A DNA stretch of 39,458 nucleotides, taken from the IMG/VR virus record IMGVR_UViG_2698536397_000026; one strand, given 5' to 3'. The notes below the pieces were generated by a model. That model searched no databases and was not told the origin of the DNA. It saw nothing but the letters and a program-made list of their open reading frames with translations. Positions 24,964-34,823 of this stretch are shown here, in pieces. How positions within the stretch are numbered: position 1 is the stretch's first letter; each line of letters starts with the position of its first letter. Source of the DNA: a virus (Duplodnaviria; Heunggongvirae; Uroviricota; Caudoviricetes). The position numbers were made by a program, and so were the translations under genes.

Positions 24964-27039
24964 ATGGCCCGAAATCTCAGAGCATCTCTGATAGTTGATT
25001 TGCTCGGCAATATCTCAGCCAAATCCCGCCAGTGGTCACAGGAGCTGGGGGCATTCTCACGCTCCGGCCAGGCGGGGCTGGGTGGCCTGGGAAATGCTGC
25101 CCGCCGTGCCGGGCAGGAAACAGATGTACTCGGAAGCAGGATGCAGCGCACGCTGGCCGGGGTGCGGGGCAGTATCCGCCATGTCACTTCTGATTTTGAC
25201 CGTCTTCAGGGCAGTATTACCGGCACCATCGGGCGGATCAGCAATCTTTACGGAATGCTGGCCGGTGGTGCTGCTGTATATGGCTTTAACCGGGGATTTA
25301 TTCGCCCGGCAGCGGAGATGGAAACCTATATGATTCGCCTGAACTCCCTTTACAAAGGGGATCGGGCGAAAACTGATGATGTCCGCAGGTGGGCAATACA
25401 GAATGCGAAGGAAACCACCTGGGGGCTGGCTGGCGTCATGCAGGAATATACGTCCAGTCTGGGCTTTGGTATGAGTGACAGGGAGGCCCGAAATTTTGTC
25501 ACCATGCTTCAGGATCAGGGTGCCGTGGGCGGCTGGTCACTGTCCGATGCACAGGGGGCATCCCTGCAACTGAAACAGATGTATGCAAGAGGCAGTATTC
25601 AGGCGGCGGATGCAAATATTCTTGCCACCTACGGCATTAATGCCTACCGCGTGCTGGCTGATCGTCTGGGTGTGGACCAGAAAGTGGTCAGAAAACTTGG
25701 TGAAAAAGGGCTGCTTGGGCCGGACAGTATTCGCCTGTTATTTCAGACGCTGGCGGAACAGGCCAGGGGAGCACAAAAGGACGCAATGAATTCCTGGAGT
25801 GGCCTGACGGCCATGATGGGTGACGTCTGGGATCAGTTTGCCCGGGATGTGATGGACAGTGGGCCATTTGAAAAACTGAAGGGTAATCTCAGGGGATTTC
25901 TTTCATGGGTTGACAGTGCCAAATCTGATGGCAGTTACCATTCCCTGGCGGAAAGCACGGCATCAGCCATGAACCAGGGCTTTGAGTATGCCCGTGATGC
26001 AGTGACAGGGTTTTATCAGGCGATCAGAAAGGTACGCGACACGCTTCAGGCTCTGCGGGATGCGGGCTATGGTGATGCGCTGGATCGCATTGGTCAGGGG
26101 GCACAGACCGCCGCGAAATACCTGCTGTACATGTATCTCGCCACCCGTGCCCTGAAAATGGCGCGGGCTGTCGGAACGGGGATTATACGTCCGGGTGCTG
26201 CATTGCTGGGATACGGATTATCAGCGGCGGCCTTCCTGACTTCACCTTTCCGGCGCTCTCCTCCGGCCGGAACACCACCAGGCACATCTCAGGGACGAGG
26301 GCAACGTTTTATAAACTTTCTTACCGGGGTAAATCCGGCAGCCGTTCAGCCAGTACTTGTAACAAACTGGCCCACAGGAGGACTGTCCGGCACCGGCGCG
26401 ACCGATACTTCCTCAGGCGGACGTCAGGGGCGGGGCCGCAGGAAACGCGGACCGGGGCGCGGAAGACCGGTCACGCCTCCCCTGCCACCGTCCCCAGTGC
26501 CACCGTCTCCCTCTTCTGGTGGGGCAGGGTTCTGGGGGCGCATGATGGGGCGCGCCGGTGGGTTACTTTCGTCTGTCGGTAGCCGCATGGGGCTGGGGCG
26601 TTTCTCCGGCTTTTTCCGCAGTGCCGGTGGACTGGCCGGCCGGCTGGGTGGCGGTGCCCTGTGGGCTGGCGCGATGGCAGCCCCGGTTCTGCTGGATGGC
26701 AGCGCCAGTGCCACAGACAAGGGAGAAGCGGTCGGCTCTCTTGCAGGCAGTATTGCCGGTGGTGCGCTGGGGGCGGCAGCCGGACCTGTGGGGATTGCCA
26801 TTGGTTCTACGGTGGGCAGCTATCTCGGTAACTATCTGGGGGGATGGCTGACTGAAGCCTGGCAGAAATTACGGGGCAGTGATGATGAAAGCAGTGGACA
26901 GGCGGTACAAAAAGCCTCTGCCCGTGTGGAGCTGGTTGCCCCGGAAGGGTGGCAGGCTCGCAGTATTGATATTGATGACACGTCCGGTCACGGACTGGAT
27001 GTGAATGTCTGGAACGGAGGGAATTATGGCCTCTGGTGA
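24964..27039 (+). CDS. tail tape measure protein
   Basis: 691 aa, largest tail ORF, Gly/Ala-rich with Pro/Arg low-complexity segment. Confidence 0.7.
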   Translation: MARNLRASLIVDLLGNISAKSRQWSQELGAFSRSGQAGLGGLGNAARRAGQETDVLGSRMQRTLAGVRGSIRHVTSDFDRLQGSITGTIGRISNLYGMLAGGAAVYGFNRGFIRPAAEMETYMIRLNSLYKGDRAKTDDVRRWAIQNAKETTWGLAGVMQEYTSSLGFGMSDREARNFVTMLQDQGAVGGWSLSDAQGASLQLKQMYARGSIQAADANILATYGINAYRVLADRLGVDQKVVRKLGEKGLLGPDSIRLLFQTLAEQARGAQKDAMNSWSGLTAMMGDVWDQFARDVMDSGPFEKLKGNLRGFLSWVDSAKSDGSYHSLAESTASAMNQGFEYARDAVTGFYQAIRKVRDTLQALRDAGYGDALDRIGQGAQTAAKYLLYMYLATRALKMARAVGTGIIRPGAALLGYGLSAAAFLTSPFRRSPPAGTPPGTSQGRGQRFINFLTGVNPAAVQPVLVTNWPTGGLSGTGATDTSSGGRQGRGRRKRGPGRGRPVTPPLPPSPVPPSPSSGGAGFWGRMMGRAGGLLSSVGSRMGLGRFSGFFRSAGGLAGRLGGGALWAGAMAAPVLLDGSASATDKGEAVGSLAGSIAGGALGAAAGPVGIAIGSTVGSYLGNYLGGWLTEAWQKLRGSDDESSGQAVQKASARVELVAPEGWQARSIDIDDTSGHGLDVNVWNGGNYGLW

Positions 27040-28375
27040 CGGTCGTGGTGCGTTCCGTGGTGTGCCGTTCCTCGTCTGGCGTGAGCAGCGCGAACGTGGC
27101 GGGCGAAACATTGTCCGTCGGGAATATCCGTTACGGGAAACCGGTGGTGCAGACGATCTGGGACCTAAACTGGCTGAATTTACGTTCAGTGTACTTGTGA
27201 TGGGGGATGATGTTCAGACACAGCGAAATCGTCTGCGTGATGCCCTTCGTGCTCCTGGTGCCGGGGAGCTGCTTCACCCGGATTACGGCACGTTAAATGT
27301 GCTGATAAACAGCTTTGAAAGTCGTTATAACGCTGCTGAACAGGGCGTGGTTGAGTTCACCATTAATGTCACGCCGGTAAGTGATGATACCGCACCTGCT
27401 GTCACACAGGACACGGCCGCCATTCTGGAGCAGAAGAGTACCACCGCGCTCGGGAAGGTTTTTGAAACCCTGGAAGCGGGCTGGACGGTGATTTCTGACG
27501 GAATGCACGATGTCCAGGCAATGACCGAAACCATCAGCGATAAGGTGTCCGCCCTGGAAAATGCCGTTTCCGGCATGGGGATTGTACAGGATATCAGTGC
27601 CTTTACTGCCACGTTCACGGCGCTGAAAGGGAATGCCACGGCATTACTGACAGCACCTTCCCGCATGGCCTCATCTTTTGCGGGGCTTTTCAGTGCCCTG
27701 ATCACCCTGCCATCGCTGCCGTCACTGTCTTCAGGAGGCCTGAATACCCGGCCCGGTGGCAGTATCGGCCGGACGACATCCGCCGTCTCTCAGGGAATGC
27801 CGCAACTGTACAGGACATTATCTTCCCTGCGTTACGTGCTGGATGAGCAGGATAATCCGCAGACTCTCATCGGTCTGACACCGGCAGCACAAAAGAATAT
27901 TCGTCTGATACGGGCGGTAATGCAGAGTGCTGCCGTGGTGGCCCAGGCACAGACCGTGGGAAAACTGCTGGATCAGGTTCTCAGTCAGGAAACCCTGCCG
28001 GACAGTGACGCAGCCCACCGTACCTGGCCTGTCTGGCTGGAAAGTTCAGTTGATCTTCAGCGCATTAACCGTGACTTAAGCGAAGCGCTCGAACGGCAGG
28101 TGATGACACTGTCCGGGCAGGGGTATACCGCCACGGCGCTGACGCTTCGTGATGCCAGACTGGCACTGACAGAGGATCTGAATACACGGGGAGTTCAGCT
28201 ACCCGGTGCAACAGTAGTGACTGTACGTACCACCGAGCCTGCACTGGTGACCCTGTACCGTGCCACCGGGAACAGTACCGGCTGGCAACGTTTTGTGCGC
28301 CGTAACGGTATTGTTGATCCGCTGTTCATTCCCGGAGGCCATTCAGTGGAGGTGATTAGTGAGCAGCAGGGTTGA
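27026..28375 (+). CDS. DNA circularization protein (Mu N-like)
   Basis: about 449 aa after tape measure; RBS GGAGGG before ATG 27026. Confidence 0.55.
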   Translation: MASGDGRGAFRGVPFLVWREQRERGGRNIVRREYPLRETGGADDLGPKLAEFTFSVLVMGDDVQTQRNRLRDALRAPGAGELLHPDYGTLNVLINSFESRYNAAEQGVVEFTINVTPVSDDTAPAVTQDTAAILEQKSTTALGKVFETLEAGWTVISDGMHDVQAMTETISDKVSALENAVSGMGIVQDISAFTATFTALKGNATALLTAPSRMASSFAGLFSALITLPSLPSLSSGGLNTRPGGSIGRTTSAVSQGMPQLYRTLSSLRYVLDEQDNPQTLIGLTPAAQKNIRLIRAVMQSAAVVAQAQTVGKLLDQVLSQETLPDSDAAHRTWPVWLESSVDLQRINRDLSEALERQVMTLSGQGYTATALTLRDARLALTEDLNTRGVQLPGATVVTVRTTEPALVTLYRATGNSTGWQRFVRRNGIVDPLFIPGGHSVEVISEQQG

Positions 28376-29483
28376 ACTGTATCTGGGCGGTGAGATTTTT
28401 TCCGGCTGGCTGACGGTGAGTGTTCGTCGCTCTCTTGAACATCTGGCGGGCTCCTTTGAACTGGGGGTAATGATGCCCGGTGTACGCCTTCCGTCATCCG
28501 TCCGTGCCGGTCAGTCTCTGGAATTGCGCATTGACGGTCAGCCTGTGATCACTGGCTGGCTGGATCAGGTCCGGCAGCGCATCAGCGCCACGCGTTTTCA
28601 GATCACGCTCAGCGGACGGGATAAAACCGGTGACCTGGTGGACTGTTCAGCCATTCATCCGGGCAGCCAGTGGAGGAACCGCACGCTGGAGCACATTGCT
28701 TCAGATTTGTGTGCTCCGTTCGGGGTCACGGTGCGCTGGCAGGTAAATGATGCAACGGCAGCCCGGCCCTTTTCCACCTTCACACTGGAAAACTCAGAAA
28801 CCGTGGCAGATGCGCTGACAAGGGCCGCGAGACACAGAGGCGTCCTGGTAACCAGTAATGCCGCCGGTGAACTGGTTTTCACTCAGGCCGGCAGTCAGCG
28901 TGGCGACACGCTGACGCTGGGCGAAAATCTGCTGGATTTGGATCACAACGTGGATCACCGTCTGCGCTACAGTGAATACCGTGTACGGGGGCACGGGCGT
29001 GGTGGTGGTCATGCCGGGGATGCACTGACAGCCGGAACGCTGGCCGCACCCGTTGGTACGGTGACAGACAGTGCCATCCACCGTTACAGACCGAAAATTG
29101 TGCTGGCGGATCATGCTGTTGATGCAGACGGTGCACGCCAGAGGGCTGTCCGGGAAATGCGCCGGGCGGTTGCCCGCTCTGTGCGCCTGACAGCCACCGT
29201 GCGGCACTGGTTTAGGGAGAACGGCCAGTTGTGGGATATCAACCTGCTGACGGCTGTCACGGCTCCCCGCACCGGAGTGGAAGAGCGTGATCTTCTTGTC
29301 TGTCAGGTGGAGTTTTCGCTGGATGCAAATCACGGCGAAACCACCCGTCTGATTCTGGCACCCCGTGACGGCTTTATTGTTCCGGCAGAGCCGGGAAACA
29401 GCGGAAGCGGAAATGCGGGTGACGTGGACGCCTTCGTGCGGGCACAGATGAAAAAACAGGGGATTAAATTCAATGATGAATGA
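28359..29483 (+). CDS. baseplate hub / tail protein (Mu P-like), GTG start
   Basis: 374 aa; RBS GGAGG; synteny. Confidence 0.55.
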   Translation: MSSRVELYLGGEIFSGWLTVSVRRSLEHLAGSFELGVMMPGVRLPSSVRAGQSLELRIDGQPVITGWLDQVRQRISATRFQITLSGRDKTGDLVDCSAIHPGSQWRNRTLEHIASDLCAPFGVTVRWQVNDATAARPFSTFTLENSETVADALTRAARHRGVLVTSNAAGELVFTQAGSQRGDTLTLGENLLDLDHNVDHRLRYSEYRVRGHGRGGGHAGDALTAGTLAAPVGTVTDSAIHRYRPKIVLADHAVDADGARQRAVREMRRAVARSVRLTATVRHWFRENGQLWDINLLTAVTAPRTGVEERDLLVCQVEFSLDANHGETTRLILAPRDGFIVPAEPGNSGSGNAGDVDAFVRAQMKKQGIKFNDE

Positions 29484-30087
29484 CGAAGTCATCAGCCGCC
29501 TTCTGGCCCCCGTAATGCGGGGTGTTCGTCTGCTGTTCGGGCGTGGTGTACTGACCGGCACAACGGACACGCTGAAAATCCAGAATGTGCAAATAACCGG
29601 TATGGATGGTGAAACCTTTGATGACGTTGAACGCCCCCAGCAGTACGGGCAAATCAGCGTCCCCCTGCCTGGTGCGGAAGTTTTTCTGGCCTGTGCTGGC
29701 GGACAACGGGATCAGGCCGTGGTGCTTGTGGTGGAAGACCGCCGCAGTCGCCCGACCGGACTTACCGCCGGAGATACCGGCGTGTATCACCATGAGGGGC
29801 ACCGTATACGTCTGACAAAGAACGGCCGGATCATTGTGACCTGTAAGACGCTGGAGATTTACGCCGATGAAGGTGTTCAGGTGGATACACCGGAGGCTCA
29901 CTTTACCGGTAATGTCACAGTGGATAAGAACCTGCATGTCAAAGGCAATGTGTCCATTGACGGCACCGGAAGATCACAGGGGACGTTCACGATGTCCGAA
30001 GCGGTTATTGCCGGGATCACCTATTCAGGTCATGTGCATCACGATAACGGTGAAGGCAGCAAAACGGGAGGACCAGAGAATGGCTGA
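29473..30087 (+). CDS. baseplate spike / assembly protein (Mu gp45-like)
   Basis: 204 aa; synteny. Confidence 0.5.
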   Translation: MMNDEVISRLLAPVMRGVRLLFGRGVLTGTTDTLKIQNVQITGMDGETFDDVERPQQYGQISVPLPGAEVFLACAGGQRDQAVVLVVEDRRSRPTGLTAGDTGVYHHEGHRIRLTKNGRIIVTCKTLEIYADEGVQVDTPEAHFTGNVTVDKNLHVKGNVSIDGTGRSQGTFTMSEAVIAGITYSGHVHHDNGEGSKTGGPENG

Positions 30088-30517
30088 TATTGCTGTCGTC
30101 TGGGATCAGGGTTGCGGTTCCCTGCAACTGAACGGCGCAGATCTTCTGACGGATAACAGCCTGCTGACTGCGGTCATTATTTCACTGTTTACGGACAGGC
30201 GGGCGCTGGATTCCGATGAAATCCCTGACGGCACCCGTGACCGTCGGGGATGGTGGGGAGACAGTTTCCGGGAGCGCCCCGTTGGCTCCCGTCTCTGGCT
30301 GTTAAGCCGTGAAAAGACGCTGTCCTCCGTGGTCAGCCGTGCACAGGCCTATGCTGATGAAGCGCTGGCGTGGCTGCATAAAAGCGGTGCTGCCACATCC
30401 GTGGTATGTCATGCCATGCGTGTGGGGCATGCTCGCCTTTCGCTTTCCGTGAAAATTACCCTGCCGGACGGAAGCAGACATCCGATGATTTTTTATGCTG
30501 ATATGAAGGGGGAATGA
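30080..30517 (+). CDS. baseplate wedge protein (GPW/gp25-like, Mu gp46 position)
   Basis: 146 aa from ATG 30080 (track ORF starts 29867 in overlap with upstream gene). Confidence 0.5.
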   Translation: MADIAVVWDQGCGSLQLNGADLLTDNSLLTAVIISLFTDRRALDSDEIPDGTRDRRGWWGDSFRERPVGSRLWLLSREKTLSSVVSRAQAYADEALAWLHKSGAATSVVCHAMRVGHARLSLSVKITLPDGSRHPMIFYADMKGE

Positions 30518-31599
30518 TGCCTTATCAGCCCTTACCACTGGCGCAACTGATCACACAGACACAACAGGATATCAGCCAGCGCCTGCCCGGTTCGCAGCCG
30601 GGCGTGAATGAAACCACCCTGAATGCCATTGCGTATGCACTCGCGGGTCTGTCAGCACAGGAGCATGAACATCTGGCCTGGATCTCCCGGCAGATAATTC
30701 CGACAGAAGCTGATGAAGCCGAACTCCTGAAACACTGCGCATTCTGGGGTGTCATCCGTAAACCGGCTTCCCGCGCTGACGGACCGGTACAACTGATGCT
30801 GACCACGGATGCAGGGATCACGGAAGGCGTACTCCTTCAGCGAAGCGATGGTGTTGTGTACCGCATCACCGGCTCTGCGACCGGAAAAGCCGGAACACTG
30901 AATGTTAATGTGGAGGCGGAAAGTGCGGGGCGCGCCGGAAATACCCCGACCGGAACCCGCCTGTCCTTTATCACGCCACAGGCGGGCATCAACCAGACAG
31001 CCACGGTCACCGGCACGGGACTCACCGGTGGTGCGGATGTGGAAACGGTGCCGGAGTTGCTGTCCAGGCTGGTATTCCGGGTACAGAACCCGCCATCAGG
31101 GGGAACACAGTATGATTTTGAACGCTGGGCACGGGAAGTACCGGGCGTGACGCGGGCATGGTGTAAGCCTGAATGGCCTGAGGCGGGTAGTGTTGGTGTG
31201 ACTTTTGTTCAGGATAATAACCCTGACATTTTCCCCGGAGAAGGTGATGTGAAGCGGGTGGCGGATTATATCCGCAGTCATGATGATCCGGCGACGGGCC
31301 AGCCCGTTGGTCAGCCACTTGGGCCGACAATCAGCGTGTTTAAGCTGACCAATAAGCCGGTGGCGTTTGAGATCAGGATTGTACCCAAAACGCCGGAAAA
31401 TCAGGCTGCCGTAAAACAGGCATTAACGGACCTGCTTTATAACGAATCGCGGCCGGGTGGACTTGTATTGCCTTCATCATTCTGGCGGGCTGTTGCAGGG
31501 GTGAAAGGACTGGAGGATTTTGAAGTTCGCAGCCCGCTGAAGTCCGTGATGGCCGGAGATACAGAGTTGCTGACCGTGGGGGAAATCACATGGCTGTAA
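30514..31599 (+). CDS. baseplate J-like protein (Mu gp47-like)
   Basis: 361 aa; RBS GAAGGGGG; synteny. Confidence 0.6.
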   Translation: MMPYQPLPLAQLITQTQQDISQRLPGSQPGVNETTLNAIAYALAGLSAQEHEHLAWISRQIIPTEADEAELLKHCAFWGVIRKPASRADGPVQLMLTTDAGITEGVLLQRSDGVVYRITGSATGKAGTLNVNVEAESAGRAGNTPTGTRLSFITPQAGINQTATVTGTGLTGGADVETVPELLSRLVFRVQNPPSGGTQYDFERWAREVPGVTRAWCKPEWPEAGSVGVTFVQDNNPDIFPGEGDVKRVADYIRSHDDPATGQPVGQPLGPTISVFKLTNKPVAFEIRIVPKTPENQAAVKQALTDLLYNESRPGGLVLPSSFWRAVAGVKGLEDFEVRSPLKSVMAGDTELLTVGEITWL

Positions 31600-32150
31600 C
31601 CCTGACCCCGCATCAGCGTGCCCTGTTGCAGTTGCTGCCTGACGGGCTGGCATGGGATAAGCGGCCGTCATCCGTTCTTGCGGCTTTGTGCCTGGGCCTC
31701 AGTCATTCCACGGAGCGTGTTTCCTGGACCGGTAACCAGATGCTGGCAGAACGTTTTCCTGATTCATCCCGTCTGCTGCTGGAAGACTGGGAGCGTTATC
31801 TGGGGTTACCGGAATGTGATATGACCGGCGCAACCATTCAGGAGCGTCAGCGTTATGCCGGGAATAAATACCGGATGAAACCCTCTCTTAACCGTGAATT
31901 TTATATCCGGTTTGCGGCAGAGTTTGGTTATGAAATAGATATTCAGCCATCACCGGATTCACAGTGGGTCAGTATTGTCACGATTAACAGTGAAACCGGC
32001 TACCGGAATATGAATGTGCTGGATGATATTCTCACCCCGCTGCGTATTTATGAGGGTGGTGCGCTGGAATGTATTCTGAACCGTTATAAGCCTGCATGGC
32101 AGACGTTTATTTACGTGTATGCAAACAGCCATGAAGAGGAGACTATTTAA
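31590..32150 (+). CDS. tail protein (Mu gp48-like)
   Basis: 186 aa between J-like and tail fibre. Confidence 0.5.
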   Translation: MAVTLTPHQRALLQLLPDGLAWDKRPSSVLAALCLGLSHSTERVSWTGNQMLAERFPDSSRLLLEDWERYLGLPECDMTGATIQERQRYAGNKYRMKPSLNREFYIRFAAEFGYEIDIQPSPDSQWVSIVTINSETGYRNMNVLDDILTPLRIYEGGALECILNRYKPAWQTFIYVYANSHEEETI

Positions 32151-33061
32151 TGTTTCATGTTGATAATAATTCCGGCGTGGCGAATATGCCTGCGCTGGCA
32201 CCGGCGCAGAGTAATACCACCACCTGGTTTACCGAAGGTGACGGACAAAAAGGTATCAGCTGGATTGGTCAGGACTGGCTGAATATTCTCCAGGCCGAAC
32301 TGCTGAATATTCTGGCTGAAGCCAGTATTCAGCCGGATAAGGCGCAGTTAAACCAGCTTACGCTGTCCATTAAAGCCATTATCGCTGCGAATGCCTTTTC
32401 CCGGAAAAACAACCTGAAAGAAATTGCTGATGCCGGTGCGGAAGCCCAGCGTCTTGCCCGTGGTTATCTTGGTCTTGGGGCGCTTGCCACAAAAAACAGT
32501 CTTGGTCCCGGTGACGTTAATGCTCTGGCGAAGGATCAGAACCTTGCCGACCTGGAGAATGCGGGAACCGCCCGTAATAATCTGGATGTTTACAGCAAAA
32601 GCGAAGGTGATAACCGTTACCTGCGCAGGGAGCAGAACGGCGCAGACATTCCGGATAAAGGCGCTTTTATCGATAACGTCGGTTTACGGGAAACGGTAAA
32701 TAAGGCTGCTGATGCCCTGCCATCGGGTGGAACCGCCGTGGCAGCAAACAGACTCGCCACCCCAAGAAATATTAATGGCGTTCCTTTTGACGGAACGCAG
32801 GATATCAACATCACGTCAGGAATGACGCAGTCAACCGCAGATGGCCGGTATGTACAGAATGTTCAGCTTGGAGCACAGAGCTATCATTCACCCGGAGGCA
32901 ATGAAATATCATGGAATTACAGCGCACCTTCCGGTTGTATGCTTTCCGGTATTAACGTGCAGGAAACCGGCTCCCGGTCTGCGGACAATATCGGTGGGGT
33001 CTATTATCGCCCGGTTCAGATTTATATTAATAATGCCTGGAGAACGGTAAGTTCAGTGTAA
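32150..33061 (+). CDS. tail fibre protein (constant N-terminal part plus invertible C-terminal cassette Sv)
   Basis: 303 aa; C-terminal region homologous to an oppositely oriented cassette at 33739..34093; gix-like site inside the gene at about 32679. Confidence 0.7.
   Translation: MFHVDNNSGVANMPALAPAQSNTTTWFTEGDGQKGISWIGQDWLNILQAELLNILAEASIQPDKAQLNQLTLSIKAIIAANAFSRKNNLKEIADAGAEAQRLARGYLGLGALATKNSLGPGDVNALAKDQNLADLENAGTARNNLDVYSKSEGDNRYLRREQNGADIPDKGAFIDNVGLRETVNKAADALPSGGTAVAANRLATPRNINGVPFDGTQDINITSGMTQSTADGRYVQNVQLGAQSYHSPGGNEISWNYSAPSGCMLSGINVQETGSRSADNIGGVYYRPVQIYINNAWRTVSSV
32670..32697. other. left gix-like inversion site (within tail fibre gene)
   Basis: TCGGTTTACGGGA shared in inverted orientation with the right site; one half-site degenerate. 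Confidence 0.45.
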
Positions 33062-33095
33062 ACCACAGAAAAGGGTGCTGAATGCACCCTCTGAA

Positions 33096-33617
33096 TTATT
33101 CCGGTTTTTCCGGCCAGGGAATCGCCTGGTAATGCCCCTCACTGGCAATATCATTAAAGTGCATTTCTTTAAGCTGTCGGATATACGCCATCCAGCGCGT
33201 CAGCTGTAATTTATTTTCATCGCTAATCATGTCCAGTTTTAATTCTGTTTTCCAGTCATCCACGGTTTCGTTGGCTTCCTGGAGCAGCGATGAGCGACGC
33301 TTTTCAGCAACCGTCTTCCAGTTTACCGGCACCTTTGATATCAGGCCATCAGAAAACTGCCAGTTACCGTCAATATTCACACCTTCCGGCAGTTCGTCCA
33401 CTTCAACAACAGTAAAACCTGCCGGATATAAAGCAGAGACATCTTCAGCAACAGAGCAGATAATACCCGTTACAGGCGAAATACAGAGTTTGTATTTCTT
33501 TGTGAAAAGCGGGATAGATTCATAAAAATCCCTTCCGTCCTCACTCTGGAAATACTGAACATCCTCACCATAGGGTTTGTGTTTCGGGTAATATCGTTTG
33601 ACATTAATCAGTTGCAT
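33096..33617 (-). CDS. tail fibre assembly protein (Tfa / U'-like)
   Basis: N-terminal region MQLINVKRYYPKHKPYGEDVQYFQSEDGRDFYE typical of Tfa chaperones; start probably at an internal Met (track ORF extends to 33668). Confidence 0.7.
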   Translation of the reverse strand: MQLINVKRYYPKHKPYGEDVQYFQSEDGRDFYESIPLFTKKYKLCISPVTGIICSVAEDVSALYPAGFTVVEVDELPEGVNIDGNWQFSDGLISKVPVNWKTVAEKRRSSLLQEANETVDDWKTELKLDMISDENKLQLTRWMAYIRQLKEMHFNDIASEGHYQAIPWPEKPE

Positions 33618-33738
33618 AAACATCACCATGTAAATCAATGATAAAAACAGGAATAATACTATCGCCATATACAGGCAATGCTTGTCTGAAATAACGCATA
33701 TTTCAGATGCTGGCTGCTGTGTGCTATGCCCCCGTTAA

Positions 33739-34093
33739 TTAAATACTTGCAGCGGATACCCAATGCCCATTAATACAATATTGTATCTGTCTGTAATAAA
33801 CACGGTCATCACCACCACGCATTTCCCAGTCTCCGTTAGTCTTAAAACCGGTAATCACATTTCCTGATGACAGGGAGTAATTATATTCCAGTCCGCCGCT
33901 TAATGCCTGCGCTCCCAGTCTTACCCCTGTAACATAACGCTGATTGGCCGTTGATTCCGGCATTCCTGACGTAATGTTTATATCCTGCGTGCCGTCAAAG
34001 GCGACACCATTGATTCTGCGGGCATTTGCCAGCCTGCTTGCTGCAACAGCCGTACCGTTTGATGGCAGGGCATTCGCGGCCCTGTTTACAGTA
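33739..34093 (-). CDS. alternative tail fibre C-terminal cassette (S'v), no own start codon
   Basis: Minus-strand frame open from right gix site; encodes ...INGVAFDGTQDINITSGMPESTANQRYV... homologous to the end of the plus-strand fibre gene. Confidence 0.6.
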
Positions 34094-34117
34094 TCCCGTA
34101 AACCGAGGTTTCAGGGA
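34094..34117. other. right gix-like inversion site
   Basis: TCCCGTAAACCGAGGTTTCAGGGA, near-palindromic and close to the Mu gix / Salmonella hix consensus as I recall it; 55 bp upstream of gin. Confidence 0.6.
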
Positions 34118-34172
34118 TGCCGTATATCTGCTTTAAAAGGCCTTTCCATCTCTTTTTAAGGAAGGTAAATAC

Positions 34173-34733
34173 ATGCTGATTGGCTATATACGCGTATCAA
34201 CAAATGACCAGAACACAGGTTTACAAAGAAATGCGCTGGAATGTGCAGGATGTGAGCAGATTTTTGAAGATAAAATGAGCGGAAAAACAACGCAGCGGCC
34301 GGGACTGAAGCGGGCACTGAAGAAACTAAAACCCGGTGACACGCTGATGGTCTGGAAACTGGACAGGCTGGGGCGCAGTATGCGCCACCTTGTTGCGCTG
34401 ACAGATGAATTACAGCAACAGGGGATAAATTTTCGTAGTCTTACTGACAACATTGATACGTCAACCCCCATGGGGCGCTTCTTTTTTCACATAATGGGTG
34501 CGCTGGCAGAAATGGAGCGTGAATTAATTGTCGAACGGACACGGGCTGGTCTTGCAGCTGCCCGTGAAAGGGGACGAACCGGCGGCAGACCCCGTCGTCT
34601 CACGCAGGAACAATACGAGCAGGTCGGGCGTTTACTGGCCGGGGGTGTCAGTCGAAGACAGGTGGCACTTATTTTTGATATCGGCCTTTCAACCCTTTAT
34701 CGTTATTATCCTGCGAGCGTTTCGGAAAAATAA
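34173..34733 (+). CDS. gin: serine recombinase, DNA invertase (Gin/Hin/Cin family)
   Basis: 186 aa; MLIGYIRVSTNDQ... catalytic Ser motif and C-terminal HTH; RBS AAGGAAGG. Confidence 0.9.
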   Translation: MLIGYIRVSTNDQNTGLQRNALECAGCEQIFEDKMSGKTTQRPGLKRALKKLKPGDTLMVWKLDRLGRSMRHLVALTDELQQQGINFRSLTDNIDTSTPMGRFFFHIMGALAEMERELIVERTRAGLAAARERGRTGGRPRRLTQEQYEQVGRLLAGGVSRRQVALIFDIGLSTLYRYYPASVSEK

Positions 34734-34823
34734 GACGCTCCCTTTGTTGGGCCTTTACTGAATTAACGCAAAATGGCGTTTATCGGTCTGTGGATATGAT
34801 AATTCTGTTTATTCAGGAACAGG

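Larger units (their letters stand above)
32679..34107. other. invertible tail-fibre segment (G-segment-like), about 1.4 kb
   Basis: Bounded by inverted gix-like sites, contains Sv (+), tail fibre assembly gene (-) and alternative S'v cassette (-); serine invertase gene adjacent. Confidence 0.55.

Noticed and set aside
28794-29570. 258-aa minus-strand ORF
   Set aside because: Antisense to the baseplate hub gene; no independent support.
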